NCBI GenBank assembly: GCA_017983495.1
Contig: JAGOBH010000007.1
Location: 59,278-123,277, forward strand
Direction of reading: 5' to 3'
Origin: Pyrinomonadaceae bacterium
GTDB lineage: Bacteria; Acidobacteriota; Blastocatellia; Pyrinomonadales; Pyrinomonadaceae
Length of the DNA: 64,000 nucleotides
Made by a program: the position numbers and the translations under genes. Shown here one piece after another: positions 11,090 through 20,733 of this stretch. The notes under the pieces were generated by a model, which was not told the DNA's origin, did no database searches, and saw only the letters and a list, made by a program, of their open reading frames with translations. Positions within the stretch are counted from its first letter, which is position 1, and each line of letters begins with the position of its first letter.

Positions 11090-11782
11090 ATGATCAAAGC
11101 AATATTAATGGACTTTAACGGCGTCATCATAAACGATGAACCGATTCAAATGCGAGCGTATCAGGAAGTGTTAAAGGCTGATGGGATAGACCTGTCTGAA
11201 GAAGACTACTTTGCTTCGCTTGGGATGGACGACGTAACCTTTGTTAATGCCGCATTCGAACGAGCAGGTAAGACTGCGGAAAGCTCACGTGTCGGCGAGA
11301 TCGTGAAAGCGAAATCGGCAAAATGGGAAGAAATGGTCAAGGATGACCTGCCCCTATTCGACGGCGTCAGCGATTTCATAGAAAAGATGTCTCGCGAGTT
11401 TTCGCTCGGTATCGTAAGCATGGCCGGACGGCACGAGATAGATCTTGTGCTTGAGAGAAGCGGGTTGGCTAAGCATTTTGATGCGATAGTAAGTGCGGAA
11501 GACGTCACAAAATGTAAGCCGGATCCCGAGTGTTTCCGGATCGGATTTCGCCAGCTCGACGCGATTCGCACAGGTCAAGGGCATCTGCCGATGACCCATT
11601 CGGAGTGTCTCGTCATCGAAGATTCGCCTCCGGGCGTTGTCGGAGCCCGTGGAGCTGACCTGCCGGCGTTGGGCGTGACCAACACGGTGAATGCGGAGGC
11701 GTTGCGAAACGCGGGCGCCGCTGCGGTTGCAAAAGACCTAAATGACTGGATGCCTGATTCGATCCGGCGTATCTTCGTTTAA
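11090..11782 (+). CDS. HAD-IA family hydrolase (beta-phosphoglucomutase-like)
   Basis: MIKAILMDFNGVII (motif I), SMAGR, K...CLVIEDSPPGVVGARGAD (motifs III/IV). Motif I reads D-F-N-G instead of the usual DxDG. Confidence 0.85.
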   Translation: MIKAILMDFNGVIINDEPIQMRAYQEVLKADGIDLSEEDYFASLGMDDVTFVNAAFERAGKTAESSRVGEIVKAKSAKWEEMVKDDLPLFDGVSDFIEKMSREFSLGIVSMAGRHEIDLVLERSGLAKHFDAIVSAEDVTKCKPDPECFRIGFRQLDAIRTGQGHLPMTHSECLVIEDSPPGVVGARGADLPALGVTNTVNAEALRNAGAAAVAKDLNDWMPDSIRRIFV

Positions 11783-11858
11783 GTGAGTCAGGTTTTAGCT
11801 TAGAGTCGTTTCACCTCTAAATTGGCGGTTTGCATAAGTTCGATCGCAGAATATTTCT

Positions 11859-13358
11859 ATGTCAGATGTATTTATTTCCAGAGACAGTGCAGTCTCCGAT
11901 CTGTTGTCCGCAGCGGCCTATCTGGGCGAACGCATCCGAAGCGGCGACGGTCGTGCGGAAGCTATGAATGCCGTGGTTCCGCGGTTTTTGGCGAAGGGAG
12001 AAGTAGATCTTACGGCGGAACTGGCGAATTCCGTCGATGATCCTTACTCAAGGGACAAATTGCTGACGATGGTTGCCGAAAAATGTGCATCGATCGACGA
12101 TGATGAGTACGCCATCCAACTGGCCGACGCCATTGAGGATCATGGACTTCGTGCCCAAGCATTTGAACGGATCGGGCTAATAAAGGCCGGAAAGGGCGAT
12201 CTGGAAAAAGCGGCCGAAGTGGCGGCCTCAATGGAGCACCCTGATTTTGTACTGTCGGCGATCGCAGTATTTCAGGCATCTAGTGCAGACGATACGGCCG
12301 CCAGAGCAACGCTTGAAGAAATTGAATTTGCGACGGCTCGAGTATCGGCTTGCCTGCATATTGCAGGCGACAGGATCCAGAAGGGCGATATTGCCGGTGC
12401 CGTTGCCTGGCTCGATGATGCGGTCGAGTCCGCAAATGACATTGAGCACATTGAAGAGAAGATCAGGGCATTGTGCGATATCGGAAACATATACATAGAG
12501 TCGGGCAGGAACGACAAGTCGATCGAGACATTCGAAACAGCTCGCCAATTTGCCGAAACTCTCGAAAATGTTCACCGGGACCTTTTCCTCGCCACATGTG
12601 CTCTTGGGTTTTTGAACGCAGGCAGTCAGGACCTTGCCGATCGGGCACTTGACCTTGTGTCGGACAAGACGCAAATGGCGTCGGCAATGCTGGGGTTTGC
12701 AAGGCATTCGTGGAAAGCTGAAAAGAAAGAAGACGCCGTGGAGGAGCTTGAAGAAGCCTATTCGATCCTCAAATCACAAGGCGAACGAGAGATCCGTGAC
12801 AGTCGTGCGAGGAATGCTCTGCTTGGATCGGTCGCCGCACAGTTTGCAGGATTTGGGAAAACGGAAAGAGGTGTTGAGGTAGCTTTCGAAAATCCGGATC
12901 CGAGCGAACAGGTTGGGGCTATCACACAAATTGCGCAGGTACTCACTATCCAAGGCGAAGACGTTCTTGCTCGCGAAACCGTAAATGAGATCGATGACGA
13001 TTCTGGCCGGATCGCTGCATTGGTCAGCGTGGCTGATGTACGGATCGACAGGGGAAACCCCGAAGGGGCGACAGATCTACTTAATGAAGCGGCTGCGATG
13101 TCCGATGAGCTGCAGCAACTCGCTTCACGCTCCGAGCTGTTGAATCAGATCGCAAATCGGTTCGCTATACTGGGCCAAACCGATCTGGCAGGTGAGCTTG
13201 CGAGTTCCAATTTAGCTCTGATCTCGGACGTGCGTGACGAAAGCAGCCGATCCGTCCTGCTCGCCACGCTGGCTGATATTTACGAACAGGCAAATATTCC
13301 TATCTCCGATCCGGATCGGGAGCGGCTCAACCTTTTCGTGCGGAAGGCCGATCTTTGA
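11859..13358 (+). CDS. alpha-helical repeat protein (TPR/HEAT-like), unassigned
   Basis: 499-aa clean ORF. Acidic, Ala/Leu-rich, with periodic helical-repeat texture. No family recognised. Confidence 0.65.
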   Translation: MSDVFISRDSAVSDLLSAAAYLGERIRSGDGRAEAMNAVVPRFLAKGEVDLTAELANSVDDPYSRDKLLTMVAEKCASIDDDEYAIQLADAIEDHGLRAQAFERIGLIKAGKGDLEKAAEVAASMEHPDFVLSAIAVFQASSADDTAARATLEEIEFATARVSACLHIAGDRIQKGDIAGAVAWLDDAVESANDIEHIEEKIRALCDIGNIYIESGRNDKSIETFETARQFAETLENVHRDLFLATCALGFLNAGSQDLADRALDLVSDKTQMASAMLGFARHSWKAEKKEDAVEELEEAYSILKSQGEREIRDSRARNALLGSVAAQFAGFGKTERGVEVAFENPDPSEQVGAITQIAQVLTIQGEDVLARETVNEIDDDSGRIAALVSVADVRIDRGNPEGATDLLNEAAAMSDELQQLASRSELLNQIANRFAILGQTDLAGELASSNLALISDVRDESSRSVLLATLADIYEQANIPISDPDRERLNLFVRKADL

Positions 13359-13359
13359 T

Positions 13360-14796
13360 CTAATAGATGTCCTGGGCAACTAAGTCTGAGAATTCGTCTC
13401 TTCGCCTGATCAATTTAGCCTCGCCATCGGCGGTTATCAAGATCACCGACGGGAGTCCGCGGCCGTTATACTGCGAGCCTTGCGCCAGCGAATACGCTCC
13501 ACAGTTTAGCAATGCCAGCACCTCACCGGGGCGGATATTTGCCGGCAACAGCCGGCGGTCCGGCAGGCGGTCTTCACCCTCAATATCAAAATAGACATCA
13601 CCACCGTCACATAACGGCCCGGCGACCTTGTATGCTGAATCATGAGGTTCTGAGGTACGCGCCGCAGAGATCAGTTGGTAGTACCATTTATAGGTAGCCA
13701 TCGAAAGCAGAATGTTAAATCCGGCGTCAGTCATCAGCCAATGCTCAAGGCCGGCCTCAGCCCGCACGTCATTCGTTCCGGAAGACTGGATCGGCCGGCT
13801 CTTGTGGTTTCGCACGGTCGTCAGACAGATCGCTGCGTCCGAAATAATGCTCCGGCCCGGCTCGAGCAGAAGTGTAAGGCCGTCCAGCAGGTTGATGGCA
13901 CCGGCAGCTTTCGCGGCGGCACGCACCGTGTCCCAGGCGTCACGGATCGCGTCGATCGGTTCGAAATCGGCCTGAAACATAGCCCGCTGCTCCGCGGGGA
14001 TCGCCTCAACCATCGAACTATCACGCAGGTAATTTACAGGAAAGCCCCCGCCTAGATTTATGTGCTTGAGCCTAATACCGGTTTCGCGGTAGATCCGAAG
14101 CATGCTCTCAAAAAGCATGGCGAACGCCTGCGAATACGGCGTGGCTTCAGGGTTTTGCGATCCGATATGGAGATGCACGCCGCAAAGATCGAGGTGCGCC
14201 GAGTCCTTGTATTGGTGAAATGCAGCAAATGCCTCATCCGGCATCATCCCGAATTTTGAAGTGAGCAGTGCGGTTTGGAGCCCCGAGTGTGTGCCGGTCT
14301 CGATCTCGGGGACGAGGCGGAGACTGACATTTGCTCGTTTGCCGAGGCGTTCGGCGGTTTTCTCGATCAGCGAAAGTTCATATAGCGAATCGACCTGGAT
14401 CGCGTAAATGTCTGCATTTATTGCAGCTTCCAGCTCCCAGACCTCCTTGCTGGTGCCGTTAAAAATGATCTGGTTGCCGGTAAATCCGACCTCGAGAGCC
14501 TTCCACAATTCGCCGCCTGAATTTACCTCGATATCGCTTCCGGCGTCCTTGATGACGCGCAAAATGCCCATCGTCGACATCGCTTTTGCCGCGTAACAGA
14601 TCTTGAGCGGGCAGTCGATCACCTTGGCGGCGAGCTTTACGCGGCTGAGATTGTGACGAATTCGCGATTCGCTGTAGACGAACAGCGGCGTTCCGTATTC
14701 GCGGGCAAGCTCGACCGCCGAGACACCGTCAATGTGCATTTGACCGTCGCGAACGTCGAGAAAATTTTCTATCTCCCAGGGTTGTGGCATATTCAA
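13360..14796 (-). CDS. PLP-dependent decarboxylase, Orn/DAP/Arg family (LysA-like)
   Basis: PLP-lysine context ICYAAKAMS, then HLHIGSQ, GGGFPV and CGAYS motifs. At 478 aa it is longer than a typical LysA, so the substrate is left open. Confidence 0.85.
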   Translation of the reverse strand: MNMPQPWEIENFLDVRDGQMHIDGVSAVELAREYGTPLFVYSESRIRHNLSRVKLAAKVIDCPLKICYAAKAMSTMGILRVIKDAGSDIEVNSGGELWKALEVGFTGNQIIFNGTSKEVWELEAAINADIYAIQVDSLYELSLIEKTAERLGKRANVSLRLVPEIETGTHSGLQTALLTSKFGMMPDEAFAAFHQYKDSAHLDLCGVHLHIGSQNPEATPYSQAFAMLFESMLRIYRETGIRLKHINLGGGFPVNYLRDSSMVEAIPAEQRAMFQADFEPIDAIRDAWDTVRAAAKAAGAINLLDGLTLLLEPGRSIISDAAICLTTVRNHKSRPIQSSGTNDVRAEAGLEHWLMTDAGFNILLSMATYKWYYQLISAARTSEPHDSAYKVAGPLCDGGDVYFDIEGEDRLPDRRLLPANIRPGEVLALLNCGAYSLAQGSQYNGRGLPSVILITADGEAKLIRRRDEFSDLVAQDIY

Positions 14797-14807
14797 AACA
14801 CTTTTTT

Positions 14808-14875
14808 GCCGCGGATCTGCGCGGATGACGCAGACAGATCAAAATTGGATCCGCGTCATCCGCGAAAATCTGCGG
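14808..14875. repeat. REP-like palindrome (GCGGATGACGC family)
   Basis: Perfect 11-bp arms GCGGATGACGC / GCGTCATCCGC nested in GCCGC.GAT ... ATC.GCGGC. Lies between two co-directional genes. Confidence 0.65.
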
Positions 14876-16753
14876 CTATTTATTCTGAACAAAGTTCAGC
14901 TGAATTCCAGTGCCCCGCGGATACAGGCCCGGCAGCGAGATCGGCAGGCGGCCGGTGACGTCTTGCTGCCCTAAGAGCACCCGGGCGGTGGCTCGCTGGA
15001 GGCTCGCCATATCGCCATAGGAAACCACGTAGGTCCTGAGTTCGGGGAACGAACTCAGGATATACGGGTTACCAAAACTCACGCCGATCACTTTCTTGCC
15101 GGCGGCGAGGGCTTCGCGAATGATCGCGGCCCCGGCTTCGGGAATTCCGACGCTGTTACGTGCACCTGAGCGAACACGACCGTACATTCCTACTACAACT
15201 ATGTCCGCGGACATCACGCCGCGTCGGGCCGCTGCAAACTGTTCAGGAAGCGAGTTTTCCTGCAAATAAAAAGACGAAACGCCGCCTGACGAACCGTTAT
15301 CTGTTCCCGGAGCCATGCTTCGGCCGTTCGACATCGACGAGCGGAACGCGGCCATTGTATTCGGGCCGTCGAATCCGTTTGAGATACCGAGCACAACCGT
15401 TTTTTTCGATCGATCGAGCGGGATCGCACCTTCGTCGTTGCGGACGAGCGTGATGGCCTTTGCCGCGATCTCATCGGATAGCTTCGCTGAATCCGCTCCG
15501 GCGATCGTTCTGTCCATCGAGTCGATATTTGCCATCCGATCGTTGAAAAGGCCGAGTTCGTGCTTCCAGGCAAGCTGGCGGCGGACCGATTCGTTTAGGC
15601 GTTCAGTCGTAATGCGGCCGCTCTTTACCGCGGCGAGCAGGCCCTTGAGCATCGGATCGGGGTCGGTCGGTTTTTCGAGGATATCCGTGCCGGCGAGAAA
15701 CGCCCGGACGCCCGACTCTTCTTGAGTGAAATAAATCGTCAGGCCGCTCATCGACATCGCGTCCGAGACGATCAGGCCGTCGAATTTCATATCTTTGCGC
15801 AAGATGCCGGTCTGCACTTTTTCCGACAGCGTGGCCGGAATGGTCGCTTTTGCCGTTACGATCTCGGCTCCTGCCTCGGCGTCACCGCCACGATAGTTTG
15901 CCAGCGGCGTGATCTCTTCGCCGTCGATCTGCGGCAGGGCGATGTGAGCGATCATGATCGAACCTATTCCGACTTCGACCGCCTTTTTGAAAGGGAAAAG
16001 CTCGGTTTTCTCGAGGCTCTCGCGTGAATGGTCGATAATCGGCAGGCCGCGGTGCGAATCGATATTGGTGTCGCCGTGGCCGGGAAAGTGTTTGGCGGTC
16101 GCAATGACGCACTGGCTCTGGACGCCCAGTGCAAACGGTACGCCAAACTTGGCGACGTCATGCGGATCTTCGCCAAATGAGCGCACGTTGATGACCGGAT
16201 TTCCGGCGTTGTTGTTGACGTCGAGCACCGGAGCATAGACGTGGCGAATGCCCATCGAGCGGGCTTCGCGGCCGGTGATGACGCCCATTCGGCGTGCGAA
16301 ATCGGGTTCGCCGGTTGCGGTGACTGCCATTGCCCAGGGGAAATTTGTCGCGTCCTCAAACCGCATTCCGATACCGGTCTCGGCGTCGAGCGACAGCAGC
16401 AAAGGCGTTTTGGCTAACGCCTGCATACGGTTGCCGAGGATCGCGGTCTCATACATCGGCGCACCGAAAAAGATGATGCCGCCAAGTTTGTTGTCGACGA
16501 CGTGTCGCTGCAGGTCCTTGAAATACGGGCTGTCCTGATTGGCAAATTTCGCGTTGATGCCGACGTGGACGAGCTGGCCGACCTTTTCCTCGACCGTCAT
16601 TTTCTTGAGGAGTTTGTCGGCAAAATCGTACGACTTCTTCGACGGCCAAAGGCCATTGCCCTTGACCGAAGCACACGGCTGAGCTGCGACGGCCGCAAAC
16701 TGGCCAACGAGCAAAACGAAAACAAATGCGGAGCTAAACAGATACTTCATCAT
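14876..16753 (-). CDS. nagZ: secreted two-domain GH3 beta-N-acetylhexosaminidase (B. subtilis NagZ/YbbD type)
   Basis: Signal peptide MMKYLFSSAFVFVLLVGQFAAVAAQ, GH3 motif KHFPGHGDT, 625-aa two-domain length. Start overlaps the symporter stop by 20 nt. Confidence 0.85.
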   Translation of the reverse strand: MMKYLFSSAFVFVLLVGQFAAVAAQPCASVKGNGLWPSKKSYDFADKLLKKMTVEEKVGQLVHVGINAKFANQDSPYFKDLQRHVVDNKLGGIIFFGAPMYETAILGNRMQALAKTPLLLSLDAETGIGMRFEDATNFPWAMAVTATGEPDFARRMGVITGREARSMGIRHVYAPVLDVNNNAGNPVINVRSFGEDPHDVAKFGVPFALGVQSQCVIATAKHFPGHGDTNIDSHRGLPIIDHSRESLEKTELFPFKKAVEVGIGSIMIAHIALPQIDGEEITPLANYRGGDAEAGAEIVTAKATIPATLSEKVQTGILRKDMKFDGLIVSDAMSMSGLTIYFTQEESGVRAFLAGTDILEKPTDPDPMLKGLLAAVKSGRITTERLNESVRRQLAWKHELGLFNDRMANIDSMDRTIAGADSAKLSDEIAAKAITLVRNDEGAIPLDRSKKTVVLGISNGFDGPNTMAAFRSSMSNGRSMAPGTDNGSSGGVSSFYLQENSLPEQFAAARRGVMSADIVVVGMYGRVRSGARNSVGIPEAGAAIIREALAAGKKVIGVSFGNPYILSSFPELRTYVVSYGDMASLQRATARVLLGQQDVTGRLPISLPGLYPRGTGIQLNFVQNK

Positions 16754-18269
16754 TTTTTGTCGGAATAACCAGGGTCGCGATGAACGCGACCGAAAATGTA
16801 ATAACGCTGCCGATCAGGGCATACCAGGTCCAGGCGATGATCGGGCCGTCGATGACCTTATTTGTTGCCAACATTATATATGTCATCACCATAATGCTGA
16901 CGATCATCCCGATCAGAGCGTGAATTTCCTTAGCTCGCTTCATAAATGAACCGACGAGAAATACGCCGAGGACCGGGCCGTTTATGAGTGAGGCGACCGC
17001 GAGTGCGAGGCCGAGAGCTGATTCGCCGGAGTTCATGAACGCGATGGCCACAAGGATCTGGATGATGCCGATGATCACCGTCAGAATACCGGCAAGACGG
17101 ACGAGCTGCTTGTCGGTGATGTTCTTCTTGAACGGTTTATAGAGATCATTGATCGCTGTAGCGGCAATCGAATTGAGCGACGACGACAGGGCAGCCGCAA
17201 AGATCGCAGCGACGACGAGGCCCGAAAGGCCCGGCGGCATGTGTTCGGTAATGAAATTAGGGAAGACCTGATCGCCTTTTAAGAAAGGGAAGTTCGCCGA
17301 AATGCCCGAACCCAGGACGCCGGCGTTGGCATAATCAGGTGAATTGAACGGTGCATAGAACGCGAACAGCAGCACGCCGATGAACAAAAATCCGATGAAC
17401 TGCCCGAGCACGACCGCACCTGAGGACAGCAGAGCCAGCGACGCTGCCGCCGGTTTCTTGGTGCACAGATATCTCTGCACCAGATACTGATCGGTGCCGT
17501 GCGTCGACATTGTCAGAAAGCAGCCGCCGAACAGACCCGCCCAGAACGTGTAGGTTTTCGCCATATCCCAGCCGAAATCAAACACGCTGAACTTATTGAA
17601 TTGTTCGCCGAGTGTCATTGCAGTCGACACGCCGCCCTCGATATTTTGTATCAGGATGATCGCCGCTGCGATCGCTCCGCCGATATAGATGACGAGTTGG
17701 ACGACCTCGACCCAGATGACCGCTTCCATTCCGCCGTAGAACGTGAAGACGATCATCACGATCCCGAGCAATACGATCGAGCCGATAATGATCGTCGAAG
17801 CGTTGCTGCCAGGATAAAACGATGTGTAAACCGCGGCAAGGACGATAGCTGTGAGCAGAAGTCGGACGCCGTCGGCGATGTTGCGCATTATGACGAAAAG
17901 AGCCGACGCGAGCATCTTGACGCGATTGCCAAAACGATCGCCCAATAGCTGATAGACGGTCTGCAGCTCGCCCTTGAAATACATCGGGATAAAGATCAGC
18001 GATATCACGATGCGGCCGAGCATGTAGCCGAAAACAAGCTGGAGAAACTGGAAATTGCCGTTTTTCGCAAAGGCGATACCGGGGACGGAAACGAACGTGA
18101 TCGTGCTTGTTTCGGTCGCGACGATCGACATCGCGATCGCCCACCAGGGCACCGACCGGTCGCCGACGAAGTAATCTTCCGTCGTCTCTTGCTTACCTGA
18201 AAACAGTATCCCGAACGCGGTAATGCCGATCAGGTAGCCGAAGATGATGATCAGGTCGAGTGTTTGCAT
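16734..18269 (-). CDS. sodium:solute symporter (SSS family)
   Basis: 511 aa and highly hydrophobic, with about 13 TM segments and an SSS-like sequence texture. First gene of a symporter-nagZ pair. Confidence 0.85.
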   Translation of the reverse strand: MQTLDLIIIFGYLIGITAFGILFSGKQETTEDYFVGDRSVPWWAIAMSIVATETSTITFVSVPGIAFAKNGNFQFLQLVFGYMLGRIVISLIFIPMYFKGELQTVYQLLGDRFGNRVKMLASALFVIMRNIADGVRLLLTAIVLAAVYTSFYPGSNASTIIIGSIVLLGIVMIVFTFYGGMEAVIWVEVVQLVIYIGGAIAAAIILIQNIEGGVSTAMTLGEQFNKFSVFDFGWDMAKTYTFWAGLFGGCFLTMSTHGTDQYLVQRYLCTKKPAAASLALLSSGAVVLGQFIGFLFIGVLLFAFYAPFNSPDYANAGVLGSGISANFPFLKGDQVFPNFITEHMPPGLSGLVVAAIFAAALSSSLNSIAATAINDLYKPFKKNITDKQLVRLAGILTVIIGIIQILVAIAFMNSGESALGLALAVASLINGPVLGVFLVGSFMKRAKEIHALIGMIVSIMVMTYIMLATNKVIDGPIIAWTWYALIGSVITFSVAFIATLVIPTKNDEVSV

Positions 18270-18403
18270 TTGGTTAATAAATGTTGCCGATCAGCGATCG
18301 AAACTCATCAATCGCATTCACCGGTATTTCCAACGCTTGGCAGCAAAAATGTCTGTCCCAGCCGAGCCCGGATTCTCCCGGTTTGTAGTACTTATTATTA
18401 AAC

Positions 18404-18527
18404 TTTCCTACTATTTCCGACTAATTCCTACTAAGTAGGAACGTGTTCTTCGTCCAATCCAGTCTATCTATCTGTAAATACTGCACTTAGCCAGATGCCG
18501 AGATCTTGGACCCTGTCCCGTTGTCCC
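18404..18527. repeat. partial copy (copy 3) of the dispersed iteron/palindrome module
   Basis: TTTCCTACTA, TTTCCGACTA, ATTCCTACTA (10-bp phased) then AGTAGGAA, forming the palindrome TTCCTACT-A-AGTAGGAA (18425-18441). CTGTCCCgtTGTCCC lies at 18513-18527, as in copies 1 and 2. Confidence 0.6.
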
Positions 18528-18709
18528 AGCAAGTTCCCACATCCCGCACACGACATTCGTCCGGCCCGATCAAAGCGGCAAATTTAACGGATCGATGCCG
18601 TAAGCTCCGGACGATCAACCGCGATCAGTATCATAGTATAACACGAACGTTCCATTCGGCGATCATTATTTAAGTGATGAACGCCCGGACAGTTCGTGCC
18701 TTGTTCATT

Positions 18710-19636
18710 TCACAGACTGCGTTCTTTGAGCAATTCGATCGCCTCGGCGATCACGTCGTTTCGCTCTCGAAGTGCAGCTACGGCCGCTTCCGCGTCGACA
18801 CCCGCAAGGAACATTACGAGAGCGACACGCAGATCGCCGTCCGCATCGCCGAGCATCTCACTCGCTGATATCTCGTCAAGCCCCGTTTCGCCCATGAAGA
18901 TACGCAGGCTGCGCTCCCTGAGTTTAGCGTTCGTCGGTTTGACGTTGGTCATGCGGTTACCTTTTACGTAACCGAGCCGGATCATCGACACGGTCGAGAT
19001 CATGTTCAGCACCATTTTTTGAGCGGTGCCCGCTTTCATACGCGTCGAGCCGGTGATCGCCTCGGGGCCGACGACCGGGATGATCGATACTTCGGCGGCG
19101 GCAGTGATCGGCGAATTTTGGACGCAGGTGACACAGGCCGTAAAGCACCCGATCGACCGGGCATATTCGACCGCACCGATCGTGTACGGCGTCCGGCCTG
19201 ATGCCGCAATGCCGATGACCGCATCACCAAATGAAACGTTGCGAGCCTCGAGGTCGGTAACGCCGGAGCCACGGTCGTCCTCGCTTGCTTCGCTGGCGGA
19301 ATATAGTGCGGTATAGCCGCCGGCGATGATGCCCTGGACGAGTTCGTATGAAACGCCAAATGTCGGCGGTATCTCGGACGCGTCGAGCACGCCGAGCCTG
19401 CCGCTCGTTCCGGTACCGACGTAAAACAGACGGCCGCCGCCTTGCAGCCTTTCGACGACACGATCGATAACGGTGGCTATCTCCGGCAATACCGACTCGA
19501 CCGCCAATGCAACGGTCTTGTCTTCGTTATTGATCAGACGCACGGCATCGAGCGTCGAAACGGCGTCGATCGATCCGGTATTTGGATTTTCCTGCTCGGT
19601 GACCTGCAGGATCAGCGTATTAGCGTTTAGATCCAT
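18710..19636 (-). CDS. murQ: N-acetylmuramic acid 6-phosphate etherase
   Basis: SIS-domain etherase sequence: ...GGRLFYVGTGTSGRLGVLDASEIPPTFG..., ...TGSTRMKAGTAQKMVLN... Start overlaps the upstream kinase gene by 17 nt. Confidence 0.93.
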   Translation of the reverse strand: MDLNANTLILQVTEQENPNTGSIDAVSTLDAVRLINNEDKTVALAVESVLPEIATVIDRVVERLQGGGRLFYVGTGTSGRLGVLDASEIPPTFGVSYELVQGIIAGGYTALYSASEASEDDRGSGVTDLEARNVSFGDAVIGIAASGRTPYTIGAVEYARSIGCFTACVTCVQNSPITAAAEVSIIPVVGPEAITGSTRMKAGTAQKMVLNMISTVSMIRLGYVKGNRMTNVKPTNAKLRERSLRIFMGETGLDEISASEMLGDADGDLRVALVMFLAGVDAEAAVAALRERNDVIAEAIELLKERSL

Positions 19637-20597
19637 TAGTAGTAATCTCGCAAGCCATCAGTGCCGCGGCGTGTGCCGGAGGCATTTGCGGGTCTGCCAG
19701 ACGAGCCTTTGGTGCGACCGCCGCGATGATCTTTTTCATCGGATCGGTCAAAAGTTCGCCTGCCTTAAAGACGCTGCCGACACAGCCGATCGGGAATTCA
19801 CTTTTTTCGAGCCCTAATTTCAGAATTACAGCCGTTGCGGCTGTTCCGAGTTCGCGGCCGGCATCATTTAGGATCTCGACGGCTATTTTATCACCATCAT
19901 GAGCGGTTTCAACGACGAGGCGGGCAAATCCGGCGATGCGGCTATTGTCCATCTGCGGTGCGTAGATCGCTCCGATCAGGTTCTCTACATTTGATGCACG
20001 AAAATACTGGGCGGCACGATCGCTCAATTTTGTGCTCTCGCCGCGGCCGTCTGACGCCTTTGCCACGCGGTGAAGAGCCTCACCGGCGATGCCGCGGCCG
20101 CCGCCTTCGTCGCCGGCGACCGGCCCCCAACCGCCCGCGACCGCCTTTTCGCCCTTGTCGTTGATGCCGAGGCAGATCGACCCCGTACCGGCGATAACGA
20201 CCAGGCCCGCTTTCCCGAGCGTGGTGCCGTAAAGAGCAATATCGGCATCGGTCGTAACTTTGACCTTTTTAACACGAGACCGTGAACTGAAACTCTCACG
20301 AATGCGTTCGCGGATGTCGGCACGTCGCACGCCGGCGAGCCCGAGCGTTGCGGCAACGATGTCGCCGCGGGACACGCCGCCGGAGTCACACGCGGCATCG
20401 ATCGCCTTGGCGATATTCGCAACGGCGGTCTCGACACCGACCCTGAGCGGGTTTGAAGGGCCGCTGGTGCCTTCGGCGACGACCTTGTGCGACTCGTCCA
20501 TTAGGGCGACCGTCGTTTTGGTCCCGCCGCCATCAACGCCGAGAAAGAGCTGATAATATCTGCCCTTACGAGATTTTGATTCGGCGGTTTTCGGCAT
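19620..20597 (-). CDS. BadF/BadG/BcrA/BcrD-type sugar kinase (GlcNAc / MurNAc kinase, MurK-like)
   Basis: LGVDGGGTKT phosphate-1 motif and overall ASKHA-fold GlcNAc-kinase-like sequence. Translationally coupled to murQ. Confidence 0.8.
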   Translation of the reverse strand: MPKTAESKSRKGRYYQLFLGVDGGGTKTTVALMDESHKVVAEGTSGPSNPLRVGVETAVANIAKAIDAACDSGGVSRGDIVAATLGLAGVRRADIRERIRESFSSRSRVKKVKVTTDADIALYGTTLGKAGLVVIAGTGSICLGINDKGEKAVAGGWGPVAGDEGGGRGIAGEALHRVAKASDGRGESTKLSDRAAQYFRASNVENLIGAIYAPQMDNSRIAGFARLVVETAHDGDKIAVEILNDAGRELGTAATAVILKLGLEKSEFPIGCVGSVFKAGELLTDPMKKIIAAVAPKARLADPQMPPAHAAALMACEITTNGSKR

Positions 20598-20733
20598 CGT
20601 TGAGACCTCGAAATGCGAAAATATACAGTTCTATTCTTTGGTAAACTTGACATATAATCAAATTTACTAGAGTTTATGTAGTCAATAAGCTAATCTAATC
20701 GCAGTTCCGACACGGTGTGTAATGGTGTGTAAT

